Of a stretch of 64,000 bases of DNA, positions 6,461 to 16,220 are shown piece after piece (the stretch's first letter is position 1; each line of letters begins with the position of its first letter). Origin of the DNA: Pyrinomonadaceae bacterium. GTDB taxonomy: Bacteria; Acidobacteriota; Blastocatellia; Pyrinomonadales; Pyrinomonadaceae. The position numbers were made by a program, and so were the translations under genes. Under the pieces are notes generated by a model. The model did no database searches. It worked only from the letters and a program-made list of their open reading frames with translations, and was not told the DNA's origin. The stretch is from NCBI GenBank assembly GCA_036389395.1, contig DASVPY010000087.1, positions 1,774 through 65,773 on the forward strand. Reading direction: 5' to 3'.

Positions 6461-9383
6461 AAAACATGAACGAGTTGAAGAAGAGGCGCGTGGTGCCGCG
6501 GAAGATGGCGCGGTAGTTGGGGTCTTCGGCGAAGAGGACGACGTGCCCGCGGCCCAGCGGCTCGTCGAGCACGTAGGCCGTGCCGTGCAGGAGGCGCTCG
6601 GTGTTGTCGGGCCAGACGAAGCCGCTCAGGCGCAAAGGGCCGTCGCCGGTGAAGACGAGTGCGTTCGTGCCCTCTTTGGACGGGCGGAAGAAGAAGGCGG
6701 AGTCTATGAGCACGGGCAGGGTCGGGTCTTCGTAGCCGTAGGTGAGCGGCGTGGTGCGATCCACGGTCGCGCGGAAGATCGCGCCGGGCACGGCTTCGGG
6801 CACGCGACCGGGCCGCGCCGACGGCGAGACGATGGGCGGCAGCACGGGCGCTATGCCTTCGAGCTTCTCGGTCTGGTTCGCCACCTCGCGCTGCTGCTCC
6901 GTGCCGGACTGCGCGGGCTGCCCCGTGCGCCGGTTGCGCGCCGCCACCTGCTCTTGGCGGACGTTGGTGTCCTGCGGCGTCGGGCTGGGGCTAGGCGTGG
7001 GCGTCGCCTTGCCTTCCGCGTCGCCGCGCCCCGAAGCTTGATCGTCGTCGGCGCTGCCGACCAGCCGCGAGGACGTGAAGCCCACGTCCTTGAGCGTGGC
7101 GAAGACGGCCGCGCCCTTGACGCAGACGAGCGTGCCGCCGCGCTCGACGAAGGCGCGCAGCGCGTCCACGCCCGGCTTGCCCAGGGCGGCGAAGTAGCCG
7201 CCCGCCGAGCCGTCCGGCATGATGACGACGTTGTAGTCGGAGAGGTTCGCGCGGCGCAGGTTCGTGAGCGTCATCGGCGTGAAGTCCACGCCGTAGCGGT
7301 CGAACGTCCACCACATCGCGCCGTAGCTCAACTGGCTGACCGCCTCGTCGGCGACGACGATGATCTTCGGCCGCCGCAGCGAGACGACGTTCTCGCCGCC
7401 GACCGGCGTGTTGCCCGTCTCGGCAAAGCCCGTCTGCACCGCCGTCACCTCGACGCCCGTCTCTGTGGCGAGCCGCGCGATGGCGTCGTGCAAAGTATCG
7501 GGGTTGCGCGAGACGCGCGCGACGACCGTGCCGCGCGGCCAGTCGCGCCCGCCCGCCGTCAGCGTCCGCGTCGCCACCGCTAGCTTGAAGCCCTCGCGCA
7601 GCAGACGGTAGACGAGCGCGGCCGCGCCGTTGCGCTCGTAAGGGATGACGTAGGCGACCTGCGCGCGCCCCGTCACGCCGCCCGGCGTCGGCGGCGCGAA
7701 CGACAACGTGCCGAGTTGGCGGGCCGGATCGCCCGAACGCTCCGCTGTGTGTATCAGTGTGGCCGGCGCGGCGTTGACGCTCGCGGCGTCTTCCGTCCAG
7801 TAGGCTTCGACGTTGAAGGCGAGCGGAAGCGCCCAGGCGGTGATGTCGTAGAAGCCGTAATCCTCGGCTTGCGCGTTGCGCCCGCGGCGCTGATTGCGCT
7901 CGAAGCGCGCGAGCTGTTCGCGCACAAACGCCGCGTCCTGCTCGGTGTTCGGCTCAAGCAGGGCCTTGGCGAGCCGCTTCTGCGGCTGCGCCAGCTCGAC
8001 GACGTAAGCGCCCGCCGGGAACTGGCGCGCTGACGTAGCGCCGCCGAAATAATCGTGCGCGCGCTCGGCGCGGAACGGTTCGCGCGCGACGCCGACCTCG
8101 ATGCCGGCGCGCAACAGGTTTTCGACCAACTCGGCCGCACGCCCCGGATCGCGCCCCGGCAAGATCACGAAGCGGCGCACGGGGCCGTTGCGTCCTTCCT
8201 CGACCGCGCTCTTGCGGAACTGATAATAGTCGCTCAAGCGTGCGGCGTGATTCGCGGCGGCCGTGTCGAGCGTGGTCATCGAGGCGATGAAGTGTTTGGC
8301 GACGCCGGAGCGCAGGGTGACGATGGTGTCGTCGTCGCGCCGCCAGGCGAGGCCCTTCGTGCCGCCGCCGTCGGTCTCGTAGGTCATGCCGGTCGCGCCG
8401 TTCAAGGCCGGCCAGGAGTCCCAGTAGCCGGGGTAGAAGAGGTCGTACACGTCGCGGACGTAGAAGTCCCAGTTGCGCTGATCGAACTGCGCGGCGTTGG
8501 CGCGGCCGAAGGCTGTCAGCCAACGCTGCGTCTGTTCGGGCGGCAGGTTTGGGTTGATCGGCAGCGCCGCGGGCGGGAAGAAGAACTGCGAGGGCTGCCC
8601 GTGGTGATCGACCGAGACTTGCGGATGCCACTCCAAAAAGGCGCGCTGCATGTTGCGCGTCTCGACCTGGCTCGTGGCGATGTTGTCGCGGTTCAGGTCG
8701 AAGCGGTAGCGGTTCGAGCGCCCGTAGACCGACCAAGGTTCGCGGTGCTCGGCGGCGAGCGGTTCGGGGTTGCCGACCGCGACCGAGTTGTACCAGGTGA
8801 CGAAACGCTCGTGCCCGTCCGGGTTCTCGCAGACGTTCACGAGCACGACGCAGTTCTTCAGGATGTCGAGCGTCGCCGGCTCCTGCGACGCGGCGAGTTG
8901 GTAGACGACCTGCATCATCGCCTCGAAGGAGGCCGACTCGTTGCCGTGGATCGTGTAGGCGAGCCAGACGGCGAGCGGCGTCTGGGCGAGCAGTTGTTGT
9001 GCGTCGGCGTCCGACACGTTGCGCGGGTCGCTCAGGCGCGCGAGGTTGGCTTTGATCTGGTCTATGCGTTGCAAGTTCTCCGGCGCGGTGATGACGACGA
9101 CGTGCTGCATCCTGTGCTCGTTCGTCTCGCCGATGTCGGTCACGCGCACGCGGTCGGGTGCGGCGGCGGCGACGCGCTCCAACCAGCGTTCCATCGTGGC
9201 GTAGTTGGTGTGGAACGCGCCCACGTCGAAGTGCGTGACGGCCTGCGGGCGGGGCACTTCGGCGCGGTAGGGGCCGCGGGCGTAGAAGTCGAAGCGCGCG
9301 TCGTCGCGCTGGGCGAAGGCGTCGGGCGCGGACGCGAGCAGGCACAGCAGGACGAGCGCGAGGCGGCGGCCGGACTTGGGCAT
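6459..9383 (-). CDS. Secreted M14-family zinc carboxypeptidase-like protein with a C-terminal GATase1-like domain
   Basis: 974 aa with a signal peptide. Zinc-ligand motif TIHGNESAS and ENPDGHERF. Later IIVVADE...VVIMPDGSAG...GGTLVCVKGA. Confidence 0.85.
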   Translation of the reverse strand: MPKSGRRLALVLLCLLASAPDAFAQRDDARFDFYARGPYRAEVPRPQAVTHFDVGAFHTNYATMERWLERVAAAAPDRVRVTDIGETNEHRMQHVVVITAPENLQRIDQIKANLARLSDPRNVSDADAQQLLAQTPLAVWLAYTIHGNESASFEAMMQVVYQLAASQEPATLDILKNCVVLVNVCENPDGHERFVTWYNSVAVGNPEPLAAEHREPWSVYGRSNRYRFDLNRDNIATSQVETRNMQRAFLEWHPQVSVDHHGQPSQFFFPPAALPINPNLPPEQTQRWLTAFGRANAAQFDQRNWDFYVRDVYDLFYPGYWDSWPALNGATGMTYETDGGGTKGLAWRRDDDTIVTLRSGVAKHFIASMTTLDTAAANHAARLSDYYQFRKSAVEEGRNGPVRRFVILPGRDPGRAAELVENLLRAGIEVGVAREPFRAERAHDYFGGATSARQFPAGAYVVELAQPQKRLAKALLEPNTEQDAAFVREQLARFERNQRRGRNAQAEDYGFYDITAWALPLAFNVEAYWTEDAASVNAAPATLIHTAERSGDPARQLGTLSFAPPTPGGVTGRAQVAYVIPYERNGAAALVYRLLREGFKLAVATRTLTAGGRDWPRGTVVARVSRNPDTLHDAIARLATETGVEVTAVQTGFAETGNTPVGGENVVSLRRPKIIVVADEAVSQLSYGAMWWTFDRYGVDFTPMTLTNLRRANLSDYNVVIMPDGSAGGYFAALGKPGVDALRAFVERGGTLVCVKGAAVFATLKDVGFTSSRLVGSADDDQASGRGDAEGKATPTPSPSPTPQDTNVRQEQVAARNRRTGQPAQSGTEQQREVANQTEKLEGIAPVLPPIVSPSARPGRVPEAVPGAIFRATVDRTTPLTYGYEDPTLPVLIDSAFFFRPSKEGTNALVFTGDGPLRLSGFVWPDNTERLLHGTAYVLDEPLGRGHVVLFAEDPNYRAIFRGTTRLFFNSFMF

Positions 9384-9489
9384 GTGGCTGGTAAACTCTC
9401 TTCAGTCTGGGATGCGTTAGCGCGGCGATATTAACGCGCCGCCCGCGCCCGACTCAAATCCGCGCCGCCGTTCGGGAGGAGGAGTTGTT

Positions 9490-9738
9490 GTGAAGGAAGA
9501 GTTCGGAGACGTGCGGGACGAGTTTCGAGACGACGTGTCGGACGGGCCGCGCGGGGGCGCGTGCCCGCGTTGCGGCGCGGCGCGGCTGCGCGCGTGGGCG
9601 GAGTTGACGGAAGCGGAGCGCGAGGTCGTGCGCCGCCTGCCGGCCTCGGCCGACGCGCCGCTCGCCGAGCGCGCCGCCGGCCGCCGCTGGTGCACACGCT
9701 GCTGGCACGAAGCGGCCGACGCGCCGCGAACAGCTTAA
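9490..9738 (+). CDS. Small putative zinc-ribbon protein
   Basis: GTG at 9490 follows GGGAGGAGGAG. CPRCG...CTRCW cysteine pairs. 82 aa. Confidence 0.4.
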   Translation: MKEEFGDVRDEFRDDVSDGPRGGACPRCGAARLRAWAELTEAEREVVRRLPASADAPLAERAAGRRWCTRCWHEAADAPRTA

Positions 9739-9773
9739 GAGTGGTCGGGGGTTTGCGGTAACGCGCGGCCGGT

Positions 9774-9824
9774 GGAGACACAGAGGGCACAGTAAAGACT
9801 CTGTGTCTCCTCTGTGCCCCTGTG
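9774..9824. repeat. CACAGAGG-family hairpin with a CACAG-TAAAGACT-CTGTG core
   Basis: ggagacacagagggcacag / ctgtgtctcctctgtgcccctgtg. Confidence 0.8.
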
Positions 9825-9977
9825 TTGATCTTTCCGCCGGCTAGACTCAACCGCAAGACGATCTAAGGCTGGTAGTGGTTTAGAAATTCGTCCACGGTGT
9901 AGAGCGTGCCGCGCGGGCCGTAGCCCATCCAGTAGTCGGCCGCTTGGCGCGGTACCTAGCAGCCTGCACCCGGCTTC

Positions 9978-10910
9978 CTATTTCCGAACATTGCTCAGCT
10001 TTGCCTGAGTCACTTCGATTCGGAAATCGGGTGCTGAGGTATTATGTCTACTCCGGATGTTCCGATGGAAGAGCCATGAAGCACTCTTTAAGCTGCTCCA
10101 GCCTGTTAATATCGGAAAGTCTCCGTATTGGGTCTGAATATGATCTACGTCGCCGTTGCCATCTGCTACCCACATGGATCTAAACGTAGCGAACGGGTAA
10201 TTCATACTGTAGTCAACTTTCACCGATACGGCCGCGTGTAGGCGGTCGACGGAGGGGCATAGCTGTGCGCTGCCGCCTCCTCTATAGGTCAGCTTAAGGC
10301 ATTGGGTGGAAGGGTTGAAATCAACCTCCTGAATATCAACATAAGGGCGCTGCGTGGGAGCAGCCGGGCCGATGACAATCGAACTGCCGAAACAAACGTC
10401 CGCCCGTCCGAGTGGCGGATGTGGCTTGAGCCGCATATTCCCATCCTCGTATAAGACCATGAATTGAGGCCAGGATGCCTCGCCCTCAATCTTCTTCGAC
10501 AAAATTAGCCAGTGCCCGATGGCCTCTGTGCCGTTCACTAATACCCTCATACTGTAGGGACGCCACCAGTTCGGCTCACTGCATACCTGCACCACATTGA
10601 CACCGTCGTCCCAGACTGTCTGACAGAGAGTCGCGGTTTTAAGCGAACCCAGTACAGCCATTAAGTTGCACCCGGAAAAATCGGCCGCACAGTTATCATC
10701 TCCGACTTCAAACGCCGGGTGTTCGGCTACCACTCTGAAACTATTTACAGACTGAGAGTAAAGGCTAACATTCACATTGTCCTCTTCCGCGCAAGACGAC
10801 GCGTAAGAGCGGTTTACAGCTACAGGACTTTTCCAAGCAGCCCTTGCCGTACAACATGAAGAATAAATAATCACATGTATAAGCAGGATAATAAAACTAC
10901 ACCTTCTCAT
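9978..10910 (-). CDS. Cys-rich secreted or lipoprotein ORFan in a low-GC island
   Basis: Internal ATG at 10910 gives MRRCSFIILLIHVIIYSSCC (signal/lipobox-like). About a dozen Cys. A/T-rich codons unlike the flanking genes. Confidence 0.6.
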   Translation of the reverse strand: MRRCSFIILLIHVIIYSSCCTARAAWKSPVAVNRSYASSCAEEDNVNVSLYSQSVNSFRVVAEHPAFEVGDDNCAADFSGCNLMAVLGSLKTATLCQTVWDDGVNVVQVCSEPNWWRPYSMRVLVNGTEAIGHWLILSKKIEGEASWPQFMVLYEDGNMRLKPHPPLGRADVCFGSSIVIGPAAPTQRPYVDIQEVDFNPSTQCLKLTYRGGGSAQLCPSVDRLHAAVSVKVDYSMNYPFATFRSMWVADGNGDVDHIQTQYGDFPILTGWSSLKSASWLFHRNIRSRHNTSAPDFRIEVTQAKLSNVRK

Positions 10911-11236
10911 GCCACATCTCCTTTCATCCAGTCTAAGAGCCGGGGGCCGAGGCTGGAACCAACCATCACAGTAATTGAAGGAACGCTGACGAGACCAAGC
11001 TCGCACCGGCAGAAAAGCGAGGGTGAGATCGCAGTCACAATATTACCGCCGGAATACCATGTCAATGTTTCGCTATGCCCGCCGCTTATGGGCGGCGCTG
11101 TATGACATCGGGCTTCAAGGCTCCGTGCGACGATGGTCTGGCATCTCGACTGCAAACCGCTACAACGCGCGGCGGCTGGCGAGGCGGCAAACCCCCGTCG
11201 CGCGGGCCGCCGGTCGGCCGCGCCGCACGTGTCGCT

Positions 11237-14200
11237 TCACGCCCCGGCCGTGATGCGTTCGTAGGCGGTGCGGATCGCGTGCATGTGGGCGGCGACTTCG
11301 GCGAGCAGTTGTGCGACGGAGGCGCGGCGGGTGGCGCGCGCGAGGTCGGCGAGGAGCGGGTGGTCGGGCGCGGCGGGCAGGCGCGTGGAGCGGCCGGCGA
11401 TGAGGCGCAGGTGGTGGTCGAGCGCGCGCAGGTTGGCGTAGCCGTCGGCGAGCGCGCCGTAGTCCGCTGCGGCGAGCGCGCCGTGCGCGCGCAGGCGCGC
11501 GAGCGTGGCGGCGGTCGAGCGGTCTGCGCCCTCGTCCGGCACGTCCGCGCGCAGTTGCAGGTAGCGCGTGGCGAAGTACACGTCGAGCATCCCGCCCGCG
11601 CCGAACTTGATGTCGAGACCGCGCGCGCCGCGCCCCGCCCGCTCGCGCTCCAAGCGTTCACGCACGCGCCGCGTCTCGGCGCGCAACGTCTCCGGCTCGC
11701 AACGCCGCGCCGCGTCGTGGACGGCCCGCCGCGCCGCGCGCTCGACCGCGCGCCCGAACTCAAGGTCGCCGCCCACCGCGCGCAGCTTCACGTAGGCCAG
11801 CCACTCCCACACGCCCGTGCGCGCGCTGAGGTATTCGACGAACGACTCCGCGCTGCGTACCAGCGGCCCCGCCTGCCCGTCCGGGCGCAGGCGCAAGTCC
11901 ACGCGGTACAGATGACCTTCGCGCGTCGCGCTTGAGAGCGCCGCCGTCAGCAACTCGCCGAGCCGCGCGTAAGCCTCGTCGCGCGTGCGCCCCGCGACGG
12001 GCGAGCGCGCCGCCGCGTCGTAGACGAGCACGAGGTCTAAGTCCGAGCCGTAGTCCATGCCGCCGCTGCCGAGCCGGCCCAAGCCGAGCACGGACAGGCG
12101 CGGCCCCGCCGCCAGGCCCCCCGTGCGCCGCGCCAGCTCGCGCCGCGCGACGAGCAGCGCGACGTTGATGCTCGCGGTCGCCAACTCCGTTTGCAGCCGG
12201 TTCGACTCGGCGAGCGGGAGCGCGCCCGCCGCGTCGCGCGCGCCGACCTCCAACAGCAGACGCGCCCACGCGCGCCTGAGCGCCGACAACTCCGCCGCGA
12301 AACTCCGCTCCGCGTCCACCGCCGCGCTCAACCCCGCGCGGTAGTCGCGCGCCGCCGGGTCAACTTCGGCCACGCTCGCCAGCGCCGGCACGAGCGCCGG
12401 GTTACTCGTCAGCATCTCGCCCAAAAACTCCGACGCGCCGCACAGAGAGACGAGCACGTCCAACGCCTCTTCGGTGAGACTGATCTCAGCCTCCGTCTTA
12501 TCGAGCGACGCGGCGACGCGCGCCGCCGACTGCAACGCACGCCGCGGGTTCAACGCCGCACGCGCCGCCGCCCACACGCGCCCCGCCACCTGCGCCTCAT
12601 CGGACGCCCTCCCAGCGCCACTCCCATCAACCGCCCCCAAGTGCGCCGCGAACACACGCGCCGCCGCCCACAACGCCCCCGACTCCGCCACGCCCTCCGG
12701 CAACGACGCAAGTTCAACGCCCGAACCCGCCGACGATGAAACCGCCTCCGTCGCTGACGCTGCTTCTGTCGCCGCGTCCTCTTCCGTCGGTTCGGTCGCC
12801 GAAGTGATCTTCGTCGCGTTGATCGTCATCGTGGCCGCATCTTCGTCCTCTTGTCCGAAGATGCGCGCGAAGGCGGCGTGGACGTGGGCGGTGTGCTGGG
12901 CGAGGGCTTGATCGAAGGCGGCGCGCGCCTGTGCGTCCGCGCCCGCGAAGCCCATGCGGCGGGCGACGAGTGTGCGGCGTGCGGGGTCGTCGGGCACGGC
13001 GTGCGTCTGTAGCCCGTGCTCCATTTGCAGGCGGTGTTCGAGCGTGCGCAGGAAGTCGTAGGCGTCGGAGAGTTCGGTGCGCTCGCGCGCGGTGATGAGG
13101 TCGCGGTCGGCCAGGCGACCCAGGCTGATGAGCGTGTGCGGCGCGTGCAGCCAGGGGTCGCGCGCGCCGTGCGCGAGCTGAAGCGCCTGCGCGATGAACT
13201 CGATCTCGCGTATGCCGCCGCGGCCGAGCTTGACGTTGTAGCCGCGCGCCTCGCCGCCGTGCTGCCGGTCGATCTTCTGCTTGGCGAGCCGCACGTTGCG
13301 GAGCGCCTGCGCGGCCGTGCCCGCGTGCCCGTAGACGCGCGCCCGCACGCCCTCGGCGAAGCGCGCGTACAGCGCCGCCGCGCCCGCCGCGGCGCGCGCG
13401 CGGATCAGGGCTTGCAACTCCCACGCCTGCGCCGTCGCGCGGTAGTAGCGCAGGGCCTCGGCGAGCGAGACGCTCAATGCGCCGTCGCGCCCGTGCGGGC
13501 GCAGGCGCAAGTCCACGCGGTAGGCCGCACCCTCGCCGGTCGGCTCGCCCACGGTGCGCGCGACGCGCTCGGCCAGGCGGTTGAAATACTCGCGGTTGCT
13601 GGTCGCGCCGCGCGCGCCCGCGCCCGAAGTCTCGCCGTCGTCCGAGTAGAGGAACAGGAGGTCTATGTCCGACGCGTAGTTCAGCTCGCGCGAGCCGAGC
13701 TTGCCGAGCGCGACGACGCAGAAGGCGGCCCGCGTCTTGCGCCCGCGCTCGTCCACGCACAGCGGCGGGCCGTAATGGTTGTCCAACTCTTGGCGCGCGA
13801 GGTCGAGCGCGTAGGCGAGCGCCGCGTCGGCCAGGTTCGAGAGTTCTTCGGTCGTCTCGACGACGGCGTGGCGGCGGCGTATGTCGTGCAGATAGATGCG
13901 CAGCAGCTCGCGGCGGCGGAAGCGCGCGAGGCGCGTCTGCGGGTCGAGCCGCGTGTGCGTGAGGGCGAAGCGCGCGAGCGACTCGGCCAACTCTTCGGTC
14001 GTGCGGACGTGCGTGTCGGCGCGTTCGCGCGCGAGCCAGGCAAGGTACTCGTGGTTCTGCGCGAGCGTGGTGGCGAGCAGAGGACTCCAGGCGGCGAGCG
14101 CGAGTGCGTCGGCGCACAGGCCTTCGTCGCGCGCGAGGCGTTGGGCGGCGCGGGCGTCGTCCGCCGCGAGCTGCTCGTAGAAGCGGAGGGCGGCGGCCGG

Positions 14201-14251
14201 GTCGGGCAGGTCGCGCGCGCGCGCCTCGATCTTTTCGTCCACGCGGGCCAA
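11237..14251 (-). CDS. glnE: Bifunctional glutamine synthetase adenylyltransferase/adenylyl-removing enzyme
   Basis: 1004 aa. Two nucleotidyltransferase motifs: LGKLGSRELNYASDIDLLFLY and LGRLGSGGMDYGSDLDLVLVY. Confidence 0.9.
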   Translation of the reverse strand: MARVDEKIEARARDLPDPAAALRFYEQLAADDARAAQRLARDEGLCADALALAAWSPLLATTLAQNHEYLAWLARERADTHVRTTEELAESLARFALTHTRLDPQTRLARFRRRELLRIYLHDIRRRHAVVETTEELSNLADAALAYALDLARQELDNHYGPPLCVDERGRKTRAAFCVVALGKLGSRELNYASDIDLLFLYSDDGETSGAGARGATSNREYFNRLAERVARTVGEPTGEGAAYRVDLRLRPHGRDGALSVSLAEALRYYRATAQAWELQALIRARAAAGAAALYARFAEGVRARVYGHAGTAAQALRNVRLAKQKIDRQHGGEARGYNVKLGRGGIREIEFIAQALQLAHGARDPWLHAPHTLISLGRLADRDLITARERTELSDAYDFLRTLEHRLQMEHGLQTHAVPDDPARRTLVARRMGFAGADAQARAAFDQALAQHTAHVHAAFARIFGQEDEDAATMTINATKITSATEPTEEDAATEAASATEAVSSSAGSGVELASLPEGVAESGALWAAARVFAAHLGAVDGSGAGRASDEAQVAGRVWAAARAALNPRRALQSAARVAASLDKTEAEISLTEEALDVLVSLCGASEFLGEMLTSNPALVPALASVAEVDPAARDYRAGLSAAVDAERSFAAELSALRRAWARLLLEVGARDAAGALPLAESNRLQTELATASINVALLVARRELARRTGGLAAGPRLSVLGLGRLGSGGMDYGSDLDLVLVYDAAARSPVAGRTRDEAYARLGELLTAALSSATREGHLYRVDLRLRPDGQAGPLVRSAESFVEYLSARTGVWEWLAYVKLRAVGGDLEFGRAVERAARRAVHDAARRCEPETLRAETRRVRERLERERAGRGARGLDIKFGAGGMLDVYFATRYLQLRADVPDEGADRSTAATLARLRAHGALAAADYGALADGYANLRALDHHLRLIAGRSTRLPAAPDHPLLADLARATRRASVAQLLAEVAAHMHAIRTAYERITAGA

Positions 14252-14330
14252 GGCGCGTCTATCTTACGCGCCCGGCGCGCGCCGATGCCAGAGGCACGCG
14301 GACGGAAGATGACAGACCCGCTGCCTCTGC

Positions 14331-14421
14331 GTCCTTTGCGGCGCTGCTTGGCGGCCTTTGCGGTTAAGTCTTAAAGCTCTAACCGCAAAGGTCGCAGAGA
14401 GGGCCGCGAAGGCCGCGAAGG
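14331..14421. repeat. CCGCAAAGG-family palindrome with a GCGGTTAAG...CTAACCGC core
   Basis: cctttgcggcgctgcttggcggcctttgcggttaag / ctaaccgcaaaggtcgcagagagggccgcgaaggccgcgaagg. Confidence 0.8.
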
Positions 14422-14440
14422 GTTGAGCCGGATCGTCGTG

Positions 14441-14534
14441 CTAGAAGCCATCTCATAAATATGTGCCGCCTGCTTTTGAGCCAATGTTTATGCGCCTTTC
14501 AGAAACCAAAAGGTATTTATGAGATGGCTTCTAG
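14441..14534. repeat. AT-rich 94-bp element with perfect 21-bp terminal inverted repeats (MITE-like or structured RNA)
   Basis: ctagaagccatctcataaata (14441-14461) is the exact reverse complement of 14514-14534. Interior is 52 nt. No target-site duplication seen. Confidence 0.7.
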
Positions 14535-14563
14535 TAATTTTCAGGCGGCGGCTTGAAAAATAC

Positions 14564-14592
14564 TTGCAAGGCGGGGTGAAACTGAATATAGT
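14564..14592 (+). promoter_or_regulatory. Near-consensus sigma70-type promoter TTGCAA-N17-TATAGT facing the S8 peptidase gene
   Basis: TTGCAA at 14564-14569, 17-nt spacer, TATAGT at 14587-14592. It would give a leader of about 300 nt before the ATG at 14907. Confidence 0.4.
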
Positions 14593-14906
14593 GCCGGCCT
14601 CACCGGACGCGGTCGGCTGTTGGGGCAGTCCTTGCGACCTTGCGTCCGCCCCGTTTTGCATTCATCTCTAACGACTTGAGTTAAGGCCGCGGACAGACCG
14701 GGCGGGACGGCGGCGGAGCCGTCCTGCCGGGTCGGTCTCGGAGACAGGGCGGCGCGTCCTTCTGCGACGCGCGCCCGAGCGGCCGCTCTGCGGGTTCCCT
14801 TTATGACCGGCTCTCCTACCTTCCGCGCGGGGCGTGTGTCATGCCGACGGGCGTGCCGCCGCCCCGCGTTCGCTGTCAACTCCTCAAGACACTTACAGGA
14901 GGCCCA

Positions 14907-16124
<1,218 letters not shown>

Positions 16125-16146
16125 CGGCACAGCAACGAGCCTAAGC

Positions 16147-16187
16147 AAGACGCCCGCCGTTTCGCTTGAGAACGGCGGGCGTCTTTT
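16147..16187 (+). terminator. Rho-independent terminator after the S8 gene
   Basis: 15-bp perfect stem aagacgcccgccgtt / aacggcgggcgtctt, 9-nt loop, run of four T at the 3' end (16184-16187). Confidence 0.65.
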
Positions 16188-16220
16188 GGCGGCGGGTGAT
16201 TGTGCGTTTCCGGCAAAATC

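Noticed and set aside
11023-11253. 76-aa ORF (MSMFRYARRLWAALYDIGLQGSVRRW...) at the right edge of the low-GC island, running into the glnE 3' end.
   Set aside because: It has no motif, and its C-terminal part is shadow frame over the glnE terminus. It may be a remnant but cannot be supported as a gene.
14593-14906. The S8 leader considered as a known housekeeping ncRNA (RNase P RNA, tmRNA, SRP/4.5S or 6S).
   Set aside because: There is no match to the conserved cores of these RNAs as I recall them. It is kept only as an unclassified structured leader in the findings.
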